Assembly (NCBI GenBank): GCA_963796965.1
Contig: CAWCNS010000004.1
Span: forward strand, 192,001-256,000
Reading direction: 5' to 3'
Source: Calditrichia bacterium
GTDB taxonomy: Bacteria > Calditrichota > Calditrichia > JAJRVZ01
DNA length: 64,000 nt
Position numbers and translations under genes: made by a program. Shown piece by piece: positions 41,003 to 50,508 of this stretch. How positions within the stretch are numbered: position 1 is the stretch's first letter; every line of letters starts with the position of its first letter. The notes under the pieces were generated by a model. It was not told where the DNA came from and did no database searches. It saw only the letters and a list, made by a program, of their open reading frames with translations.

Positions 41003-44000
41003 ATGAAAAATTCATCAAAATATTCAAGAAAATTCACCTTGATCTTATTAATGATTGGTATGGTTACCAGTCAAGTTGGTAAGAGTTTGGCTTCTGATTC
41101 AAGTCTAACTGCGGAGATCAGGCAAAACTTTAAAAATCCACCTTCGGATTGCTGGCCGCACACCCGTTGGTGGTGGCCGGGTAATCCTGTTTCTAAGGAA
41201 ACCATTACCCAACAGTTGGAACAAATGAAGGCTCATGGAATTACCGGTGTGGAGCAGATCACAATGGGGGAGGTTTACGAAAAGGGTAATATCCCCTATC
41301 TTTCTGATAAGTTTCTTGAGATGCTCAAACATATGGTTAAGGAGGCAAAACGCCTTGAGATGGAAGTTTCACTTAACTTTGGAGGCCCCGGTTGGATAAT
41401 TGGAGGAGAGTGGGTACCTGACGAAGAACGGAGTAAAGATATTGTTCCTACTTCTATTCTTTTAGATGGACCTCGCCAATTTTCAGGAAATCTACCTGAT
41501 AGCTTAACCCGCACCCGGCGTTCCTGGGAAATATTCAAACCCAAACTTGATGGAACAGAAAAACTACTTGCTGTGGTGGCCGGAAGAGTTGTTGAGAATG
41601 TTCTCCAGGAAAATTCTCTTGTGGTGCTTACGGAATTTCTTAAAAACAGAAGAATTACCTGGGAAGTTCCGGCTGGACAATGGCGCCTGATGGCCTTCTG
41701 GTTAAAGCGGAACGACCATGATCATGCCGTTGATCACTTTAGTACCAAAGCCATGCAGAATTACTGTAATTATTTAGGGGGCGAATTTAGCAAAACATTT
41801 GGGAAGGAGTTTGGAAAAACGGTTGAGTCGATGTTTATCGATAGTTTTGAATTGCCTAATTCGGCCAGCGGCATTTACTGGAGTGATGATCTGCTTGAAA
41901 AGTTTAAAGATTATAAAGGTTATGATCTTACGTCTTATCTTCCTGCGATTTGGTGGACGGTAGGAGAAATATCACCGAAGATACGGTATGATGTTAACGA
42001 TTTTTTGCATCATATCGGCCTGGAGGTTTTTTATAAAGAATTTGTTGGATGGTGTAACCGTAACAACCTCAAAGCCAGAATTCAAACGTATGGATTTACA
42101 ACGGATAATATTGAATCTGCCGGTAGAACAGATATTCCCGAATTAGAAATTACTCCTGGTGAGAAAGATGCTGTTGAGTGGTTTGACACGCGTATAGGAC
42201 CCAAAAAATATGTTTCATCCGGAGCCCATCTTTATGGTCGGGATGTGGTTTCGGTTGAAGCTTATACTTTTATCCACTGGGAGCGCTATAGGGCTACCCT
42301 TGAAGAGGTTAAAATTGCTTCTGACGGTTTTCTGCGCGCGGGAGCAACAAAATTTTATAATGTTGGATTTAGTTTCTCACCTGAAAAGGAACTTGCACCA
42401 TCAAGGAAGTTACCCTGGGCAGTTGATATCAGCCCGGGAAATATTTGGTGGGATTATTATCCCTTGCTCGCCGAATATATTGCCAGATCGTCCTACCTCC
42501 TCAGGCAAGGTGACTTTGTTGCTGATATTGCTGTTTACTCACCTCTGGCCAATCAATGGACCAGGGATGTTCTAAACGCCAGGAAATGGACACGTGAATT
42601 TGATTGGGGTGGACTTGGCGATCTTCTTATGTCCAATGGATATGATTTTGATCTTCTCAATGATGATATTTTGAAGTATACAGCAAAGATTGAAGAGGGA
42701 ATGATAAAGATTCAGGGGATAACGTATAAAATTCTAATCTTGCCCAATATTCAGTCATTACCCCTGGAAACATTGAAATTTATTCAAGCCTATGTTAAAG
42801 CCGGTGGGGTTGTCCTAGCATTAGAACAAGTTCCTGACTTTGCCACAGGATTCAAAAATCATCAACGTAATGACGACCAGGTTAAGAAAATTGTAAATGA
42901 AATGTTTAAAGAGCCTTTTGCTGAGGATGAAGTAGGAACAGTTCGCTACGGCAACGGAAAAACTCATTTCATTAAAATGGTATTAGACCGATCTATCTGG
43001 TGGGATAGACGAAGCAGTACATTGGATCCATTTTTAAATACAATCAGAAGGCATATTTTGCCCGATATGGCAATAGATTTTGCTTACGAGGGAATACGAA
43101 AAAACAAGGGACTTTCTTTTTTGCATCGCAGGACATCAGATTCAGACATATATTTTGTCTCAAATATTCAAGATAGAGCCAGTGATTTACCCCTAACATT
43201 TCGGGTAAAGGATAAACAACCCTGGCAATGGGATCCCTACACAGGCAAGATTTCTCCTATATTTATTTATGAAGAAACTGCAACAGGAATAAAAGTACCG
43301 CTCTCCCTTAAACCTTATGAATCAACAATAATTGTCTTCGAATCAGGGTGGGGTAATCATATTAAATACTCCGATTTCAAAACTATTCATGAGTTTACTG
43401 AAAATACATTCACTGCTGAGTCAGATAAAAACGGAAAAATTAATACAATTATCTCTCTATCTGATCATCAGACAACCCATACATCAATAGTTTCCGACAT
43501 TCCTTCCGTTTTTGAAATTGGTGGAGAATGGCAGCTTAGATTGAAAGGCAAAGATTTTTCCGGGTTAGATACGACTTTTACAAATCTTTTTTCATGGACG
43601 GATCTTAATGCCAGCCGACATTGCAGTGGGATAGGGTTATATGAGATTGAATTTGATTTAACAGAGAATTATGCAAATAAGGATATGATTCTCCGGTTAG
43701 ACCTGGGAAAATTGGCATTTATTGGTGATGTGTCATTAAATGGAAATCATGTTGGCGTAATCTGGATGCGTGAACAGATACTGGATATTACGGATTTTGT
43801 AAGGAATGGTAAAAATGTATTGTCGGTAAAGGTAACAAATGTACTAATCAATCATGTGGCTGGTTTTAAGAGTAACCGACCCATACCGAAAAATCTGGTA
43901 CCACGTTTTGGAGATAAGGATATAAATAGAAGACCTAGAGAATTTGGTTTCGAGCCTTTACCCCCATCTGGTTTGATGGGACCGGTGCGGATAATACCCA

Positions 44001-44029
44001 GTAAAAGGGTGGAAATAGAAATTCAATAG
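41003..44029 (+). CDS. GH106-like glycoside hydrolase, copy 2
   Basis: Collinear paralog of 34687..37698 with long identical peptides. Confidence 0.8.
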   Translation: MKNSSKYSRKFTLILLMIGMVTSQVGKSLASDSSLTAEIRQNFKNPPSDCWPHTRWWWPGNPVSKETITQQLEQMKAHGITGVEQITMGEVYEKGNIPYLSDKFLEMLKHMVKEAKRLEMEVSLNFGGPGWIIGGEWVPDEERSKDIVPTSILLDGPRQFSGNLPDSLTRTRRSWEIFKPKLDGTEKLLAVVAGRVVENVLQENSLVVLTEFLKNRRITWEVPAGQWRLMAFWLKRNDHDHAVDHFSTKAMQNYCNYLGGEFSKTFGKEFGKTVESMFIDSFELPNSASGIYWSDDLLEKFKDYKGYDLTSYLPAIWWTVGEISPKIRYDVNDFLHHIGLEVFYKEFVGWCNRNNLKARIQTYGFTTDNIESAGRTDIPELEITPGEKDAVEWFDTRIGPKKYVSSGAHLYGRDVVSVEAYTFIHWERYRATLEEVKIASDGFLRAGATKFYNVGFSFSPEKELAPSRKLPWAVDISPGNIWWDYYPLLAEYIARSSYLLRQGDFVADIAVYSPLANQWTRDVLNARKWTREFDWGGLGDLLMSNGYDFDLLNDDILKYTAKIEEGMIKIQGITYKILILPNIQSLPLETLKFIQAYVKAGGVVLALEQVPDFATGFKNHQRNDDQVKKIVNEMFKEPFAEDEVGTVRYGNGKTHFIKMVLDRSIWWDRRSSTLDPFLNTIRRHILPDMAIDFAYEGIRKNKGLSFLHRRTSDSDIYFVSNIQDRASDLPLTFRVKDKQPWQWDPYTGKISPIFIYEETATGIKVPLSLKPYESTIIVFESGWGNHIKYSDFKTIHEFTENTFTAESDKNGKINTIISLSDHQTTHTSIVSDIPSVFEIGGEWQLRLKGKDFSGLDTTFTNLFSWTDLNASRHCSGIGLYEIEFDLTENYANKDMILRLDLGKLAFIGDVSLNGNHVGVIWMREQILDITDFVRNGKNVLSVKVTNVLINHVAGFKSNRPIPKNLVPRFGDKDINRRPREFGFEPLPPSGLMGPVRIIPSKRVEIEIQ

Positions 44030-44133
44030 TCGACACGGAACAATCAATTCAAACGTGAAATGTCAAATGTGAAACGTAGGGGCGAACCACGTCGAAGACC
44101 CCGTTCCGGGACAGAATGACAGGGGAGAAAATA

Positions 44134-44385
44134 ATCGTAACCATATACATGTAATCCTCATGGAGGATTTATAAGGGAGGACATTATATAGCACCGATAC
44201 GTTTTGATGAATTTAATCGAAAAGTTCAATTTAATATTTTTCATTCTATACCATTTTTAGATTACAATCTCTATGTTTTACAATAAATCTACTTATACCA
44301 CATATAATGCATCCTCTACGAGGATGGTGGATTAGGATATGTATGTTATTACAATAATTTATCCTCTTCGAGGATATGGTTATTT
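44134..44385. repeat. ATCCTCTACGAGGAT-family REP cluster, copy 2
   Basis: Shares TAATGCATCCTCTACGAGGATGG and TTACAATAATTTATCCTCT with copy 1, with about 100 bp more spacer. Confidence 0.8.
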
Positions 44386-44553
44386 GATGATACGTTCTTT
44401 TTAACGGGCGACAGATTAAATTATATTCTTAGCTTTGCTCTTTTTATATATTTGAGTGTCCTTACACGGGAACGTCTTCAGCAGAAGAACTCCTATGGAA
44501 CAGCCTTACGATGCGGTATGAATACAATAGGTTATTTAGTAAAAAAAGGAAAA

Positions 44554-47040
44554 ATGATGCGAAAAAAGACAAAATCTTTTACACTTACCATTGTTCTAAT
44601 ATTATCTTTTGGATTGATTGCCAGCAATCTGGCACAATCTCAGACTGCTGAAACCTGGCAGATTATGGTTCCTGCCCAATTGCAGCAGGAAGAAGCAATC
44701 AGAGTTGCGCTAAACGATCTAAGAACCTATGGTAAAGAAATAGGTATCGCCTTTCAGGTTGTTGATGATCAGGGTGCTATTCAGGGGCCTACTGTCCTTG
44801 TCGGAGATCCCTCTATAAATAAGGCCATCACCGGATTATTAAAAAATGATCAGATCTCATTAAAAGGTGTTGATGATGAGCAAGGATATGAAATTATTAC
44901 AAAACAAATCAATGGAAATAAAGTAGTTCTTGTTACGGGTGGATCTGTCATCGGCAATGTATATGGTCTGTATTGGCTCTGGGATCGCATGCGCGTCTAT
45001 AAGACGATTCCGGATATTAATACCATTAGAATTCCGGCATTGAAAAACAGAATGAGCCTTGCCTGGGGACGATGGGCTTCCGGAGGTGGATCCAAAGAAA
45101 CTATGCAACAAGCATCTCAGGCAGAGTGTAAACTGGGTTTCCGGTGCACCAATACTAGATTTAGTACCGTGGGATTCAGAACCTGAAAAGACTATCAACG
45201 CAGAGAATAGAAAAAAAACGAACGAGTTAATTGATTATGCCCATTCAATACATTTAAAATATTTTTGTTTTGCAAATGAATTTACCTATCACCCATCTCT
45301 TTTAAAAGAAAATGGTGCTACTCTTTCACCCTGTGATCCAAATTTCTGGAATGCCTTGCAGGACAAATATCGAAAATTATTTACAGCATTGCCCAAACTG
45401 GATGGTATTGAGGTATGTAATGACGATATTTCTGGATTCTGGGATGCCTATCGCAGTTTTGACCTAATGCACCAGGGAGAGGGTTGTGAATGGCCCTATA
45501 CAAAAAGATTCCGGACATTTGTAAAAAAACTGTGGGAGGTTACCGTTGGCGAATTCGACAAAACCTACTTTCATATGACCTGGGGATTAGTACCCCACGA
45601 ACAGCATTATTCCCCAGAGGTATTCAGAGAAATTTTTACCGATGAAGTCCCTGTAAAAAATCTCTATTTGATACCCAAAATTACCGCCGGTGACCGTTGG
45701 TGGCATCAACCTTATAACTATACCTTTAATCAATCGCCTCAGCAGACATTAGTTGCCTTTGAAACGATGAACTATTATGAAGGGGGCAGATCTAATATTT
45801 TTCCCACATTTTCTGGCCAGTATTATCAGGGAGGACTTCAGACATTTCTCAGACCCGAAGATAGCAATGTACGTGGTGCCGGATTATCTGGTCAGGTCCT
45901 CAAAGAAGGGTTGGGATACTGCAGGTGCTTATACCTATGTGCTCTACCGTCTTTCCTGGAATCCAAATGAAGATATCAGACAGATTGCCGAAGATTTTTG
46001 TGCAATCCACTTTGGCCGTGAAGCAGCAAAAACCATGGCAGAGATTTATCTTAAAACATCTGTTGCTTATAAATATGGGTTACATATAGAACCGGTTTCC
46101 TATGGTCGGTTCAATAGTTTTATTCATATGCGGGTTAATGTATTTCCAGCCATGGGATATCCGCGTATTGATGATGGTCGTGAGCATATGGAGTTTTTAC
46201 ACACAATTTATCTTCGCTGTAAACCATGGCAAGTCGAAACACTTGATGATCTCGATCATGGATTGGAAACAGCGAAAGAAATGGTTGCAAATTATAAGAA
46301 TGTAAAATCAAAAATCGCTGATAAAAATCTTGCCCAGGAACTTGAAAATAAACTCAATATGACCCGGTGGCTGATAGAAACCAATAATGAATATGTGAAA
46401 ACTACTTTTGATTATTTTGCATACCGTGAAAATCCGAATGAATCGACAAGACAAAAATTGAGTGATTCGTATAACCGTTTATTGACGACAAAGAAAAATT
46501 TTATGAATACACCCGGATATGGATATATACTTTTTGGGGTAGACCAGGTAATCAAAAATGCCGGGCAGGCACTTGAGAATCTGCCAAAAGCAGAACAAAA
46601 ACTTGCTGCGGCTCCAAGTCGCGATGAATTGGAAAAAACAATCACGAAACAACAGAATCTATATAAAGAGTTATTAGAGAAATACAAAGATGAAATTGTT
46701 AAATTGTTACATATTGAAGTAAAGGTTGATGGAAGAGATCTTCTGATTGTTAAAGAAGGTAAACATCGGATTCGAAAACCTTCGCTGGGATGGGGCCCAT
46801 GTTCAGAAATTAAAATTTTTTACAGAATTGCCCAAAGAAGAAGTCACCGTAATTCCACGGGATATACAGTCAAGACCGATGCATCCGTTTATCCTGGAGC
46901 AACCAACTAAAGAAAATGACTATACGGCAACTGTCTACTTGTATGACAAGCCGGGAGCAGATGGCATTATGGAATTTGAATTGTATTACATTCCAAAGAG
47001 TCCGAAAGAAGTAGGGCTAAATCTTCCCTGGAAAAAATAG
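44554..47040 (+). CDS. Uncharacterised secreted glycoside-hydrolase-like protein (~830 aa), frameshifts near 45115, 45893 and 46773
   Basis: Signal peptide; GH67/GH20/GH115-type N-domain pattern EQGYEI...GGSVIGNVYGLY; RLSWNP..AEDFC..FG; four overlapping ORFs join by 1-nt shifts. Confidence 0.55.
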
Positions 47041-47090
47041 ATTTTAAAATTGGGTATTTGTTGAATAAAGGAAATCAGGAGATATAAAAG

Positions 47091-48152
47091 TTGAAGATAA
47101 CCAGATGGTTTATTTGTTTTATGGCGATAGCGGTCTCTGTGATGCTCCCCTCATGTGGTACCACACCAGTCGATTTTTATTCAATTCCTAAAATTGATGC
47201 GCATTCCCATATCTATACAAAAAGTCCACTCGTAATGGACCTGGCTCAAAATGCTCAATTTAAGTGGTTTTCAATTACAACAGAATCAAGAAGCCAGGTC
47301 TATATTGATGAGCAATTGGAGTTTGCCATCTACCAAAAGGATAAATTTCCTAATACCTTAGATTTTTCGACCGCTTTCACAATGGAAAATTTCGGCAATC
47401 CCCAGTGGGCAAAAACAACTATTGAAAGATTGCAGCAAGATTTTAGCCGTGGTGCAATTGCTGTAAAAGTATGGAAAGATATTGGCATGGTCTTTCGGGA
47501 TGCTGCTGGGAAGTTTATAATGATTGATGATCCAAAATTTGATCCGGTATTAGAGTTTATTGCTTCACAAGGGAAGACGCTTGTGGCACATATTGGGGAG
47601 CCTAAAAACTGCTGGTTACCCGTTGATTCCATGACGGTGAATAATGATAAAAAATACTTTAAACGTCATCCTGAGTATCATATGTATCTTCATCCCGAAT
47701 ATCCAAGTCACCAGGAAATTATCCATCATCGGGATAATATGCTCAAAAAGCACCCAAATCTTCGGGTTATCGGATGTCATCTGGGCAGCCTGGAATGGGA
47801 TGTCAATGAGATTGGGAAAAGATTGGATAATTACTCAAATTTTGCCGTGGATATGGCAGCACGGATCTGTCACTTCCAGGTTCAGGACAGAGAAAAAGTT
47901 AGAAATTTCTTAATTAAGTATCAGGACAGAATAATCTATGGTACCGATAATGAGCTGAGTGAAAAGGATGATATCATAAAAATGACAGAGATATTTCATC
48001 AAATCTGGCTGAATCACTGGGATTACTTTGCAACGGATAAGATGATGAAATCAACCATTGTGGATAATCAATTTCAGGGGCTGGCTCTGCCGGAAGAGGT
48101 GCTCAGAAAAATCTATTATGAAAATGCCAGAAAATGGTATCCCGGGATTTAA
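47091..48152 (+). CDS. Amidohydrolase_2-family lipoprotein
   Basis: KIDAHSH, AVKVWK, VAHIGEP, GCHLGS, IYGTD; lipobox LPSC. Confidence 0.85.
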   Translation: MKITRWFICFMAIAVSVMLPSCGTTPVDFYSIPKIDAHSHIYTKSPLVMDLAQNAQFKWFSITTESRSQVYIDEQLEFAIYQKDKFPNTLDFSTAFTMENFGNPQWAKTTIERLQQDFSRGAIAVKVWKDIGMVFRDAAGKFIMIDDPKFDPVLEFIASQGKTLVAHIGEPKNCWLPVDSMTVNNDKKYFKRHPEYHMYLHPEYPSHQEIIHHRDNMLKKHPNLRVIGCHLGSLEWDVNEIGKRLDNYSNFAVDMAARICHFQVQDREKVRNFLIKYQDRIIYGTDNELSEKDDIIKMTEIFHQIWLNHWDYFATDKMMKSTIVDNQFQGLALPEEVLRKIYYENARKWYPGI

Positions 48153-48183
48153 TAGAACAATCGAAAATGTCTGATTCTCTTTT

Positions 48184-48278
48184 AACCACTAAGTACACTA
48201 AGAAGACACAAAGTACTCAAAGAATAATTTTAATAAAAACTTTGTGATCTTAGTACCTTCTTAGTGAACTTTGTGGTA
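48184..48278. repeat. REPIN-like inverted pair, ACCACTAAG/CACAAAG family
   Basis: ACCACTAAGTACACTAAGAAG ... CTTCTTAGTGAACTTTGTGGT. Confidence 0.75.
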
Positions 48279-48321
48279 ATTCTTTTAACTTAAATATAAT
48301 GATATATCCAAATGAGGTGAA

Positions 48322-50367
48322 ATGATGTATGAACAACTGAACCACTTAAAAAATAAAAACAGAATACTTACGATCAATGGACTATTCTTATGCTTGTTCA
48401 TATTGATTATTTTCGTTCCGGTTGGCTGCATTATGAAACCTGAGCCCGCTTCAAATATCCAATTACCTGTTATTTTTGGTAACCACATGGTTCTTCAACA
48501 AGAAGTAAAAGTGCCTGTCTGGGGGACCGCTGATCCTGCTGGAGAAGTCCTTGTGAAAATTTCCGGACAGGAAAAAAGGGCAATCGTTGGCGATGATGGT
48601 CGATGGCGAATTGATCTCGATCCTTTGACAGCCGGGGGGCCTCATAGCCTCTCCGTGATTGGACAGGAGACAATTACCCTTGAAGACGTGATGATTGGGG
48701 AAGTCTGGTTATGTTCCGGACAATCCAATATGGAAATGTCTGTTTCTGCTGGTTGGGGAAAAGTTCTAAACCACAAAGAAGAGGTTTCTAATGCGGATTA
48801 TGAAAATATACGCTTATTTCGGGTTAAGCATACACCGAGTATTAGACCATTGAGTACAATTAATTCAGACGGCTGGCAGGTATGTTCACCAAAGTCAATC
48901 CCTGAATTCTCGGCGGTTGCCTATTTTTTTGGTCGGGAAATTTATAAGAATCTGAATATACCCATTGGTCTGGTTCAATCGGCCGTAGGTGGTACGGTTG
49001 TAGAAGCGTGGACCAGTGGAAATTCGTTGGAAAATGATCCTGACTTTGCGGATTATGTAAAAATATTAAGAAAGTCCAAAGTAGATGAAGAGGAGCTTTG
49101 GCGGGTTTATAAAGAGAAGTTAGCTACCTGGCAGATAACTGTACAGACCCATCTTAAGTCAGCTGGAGGACTCCGACTAGGTTGGACCGATCCCGGTTTT
49201 AATGCATCAGAGTGGGAAAATATGGAACTCCCCGGTACCTGGGAAAAGGCAGGTGTGGATGTAGATGGTATTGTTTGGTTTCGTAAAGAAGTTACAGTTC
49301 CTGGAAACATGCAGGGTAAAGATCTGGAACTCTCCCTTGGTCCGATTAATGACTTTGATGTCACCTGGTTTAATGGCAAAAAAGTTGGCAGTGAGCCCTA
49401 TCATTTATTACCAAGAAAATATGTTATTCCTGCAGACCTGGTTCGCGAAGGTAAAAATGTAATTACTGTTCAGGTCCTGGATCTCGGCAATGTGGGCGGT
49501 CTCTATGGACGCGAGGAGCAGTTGATATTATCCGTACCGTCGAAGCAATCGATTCCCCTGGCTGGTAACTGGCAGTATAAAATTGACCCGCAACAGATTG
49601 ATCTAAAAAAATTGCCCCGTCTACCTAATGTACCAGACGAAAAAAACCGGGCGACTGTGTTATATAATGGCATGATTGCACCTTTGGTTCCTTATGGTAT
49701 ACGTGGGGCAATCTGGTACCAGGGTGAGGGTAATGCCGGAAGAGCCTATCAGTACAGACGTCTTTTTCCGACACTTATAAAAGACTGGCGTCAGCACTGG
49801 CAGATTGCGGACCTCCCATTTTTCTTTGTGCAGCTGGCAAATTTTATGAAGACCAAACCTCAACCTGAAGAGGATAGTTGGGCTGAACTACGCGAAGCGC
49901 AGTTAATGGCTTTGTCGCTTCCGAATACAGGCATGGCTGTAGCCATTGATATCGGAGATGCGAAAGATATCCATCCAAAAAACAAGCAGGATGTTGGTAG
50001 ACGATTGGCATATAATGCTCTAAATATAGTTTATGGAAAAGATGTTGCACCTAGCGGACCCATTTATAAATCAATGAACATCGAGAAGAATAAAATCCGC
50101 CTATCATTTGACCATGTCGAAAATGGTCTTGAGACACCAAATAATAAAAAACTAAATGGATTTGCCATTGCTGGTGCAGATCAAAAATTTGTCTGGGCGG
50201 AGGCAAAGATTGATGGTAAAAATGTACTCGTGTGGAGCAATCAAGTACCGATACCAGTAGCTGTTCGTTATGCCTGGGCTGCAAATCCGGTATGTAATTT
50301 GTATAATGGTGCAGGGTTACCGGCCTCTCCTTTCCGTACAGATAAATGGAAAGGCATTACCGAATAA
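48322..50367 (+). CDS. Sialate O-acetylesterase-like SGNH carbohydrate esterase with inserted sugar-binding domain
   Basis: GEVWLCSGQSNM, FSAVAYFFG, IWYQGE, DIHP, LPASPFRTD. Confidence 0.9.
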   Translation: MMYEQLNHLKNKNRILTINGLFLCLFILIIFVPVGCIMKPEPASNIQLPVIFGNHMVLQQEVKVPVWGTADPAGEVLVKISGQEKRAIVGDDGRWRIDLDPLTAGGPHSLSVIGQETITLEDVMIGEVWLCSGQSNMEMSVSAGWGKVLNHKEEVSNADYENIRLFRVKHTPSIRPLSTINSDGWQVCSPKSIPEFSAVAYFFGREIYKNLNIPIGLVQSAVGGTVVEAWTSGNSLENDPDFADYVKILRKSKVDEEELWRVYKEKLATWQITVQTHLKSAGGLRLGWTDPGFNASEWENMELPGTWEKAGVDVDGIVWFRKEVTVPGNMQGKDLELSLGPINDFDVTWFNGKKVGSEPYHLLPRKYVIPADLVREGKNVITVQVLDLGNVGGLYGREEQLILSVPSKQSIPLAGNWQYKIDPQQIDLKKLPRLPNVPDEKNRATVLYNGMIAPLVPYGIRGAIWYQGEGNAGRAYQYRRLFPTLIKDWRQHWQIADLPFFFVQLANFMKTKPQPEEDSWAELREAQLMALSLPNTGMAVAIDIGDAKDIHPKNKQDVGRRLAYNALNIVYGKDVAPSGPIYKSMNIEKNKIRLSFDHVENGLETPNNKKLNGFAIAGADQKFVWAEAKIDGKNVLVWSNQVPIPVAVRYAWAANPVCNLYNGAGLPASPFRTDKWKGITE

Positions 50368-50508
50368 ATCAACGTGGCTTTGAAATATTTCAATCGTACT
50401 TTTTTATAGTTGTACTTTTTGGGTAGTGTTTATAAATAAAATATTTTAGAGAGAGTTGGAATAAATTATTTCTATCATCCAAGACATAAAAAAACAAAGA
50501 ATTGTCTT

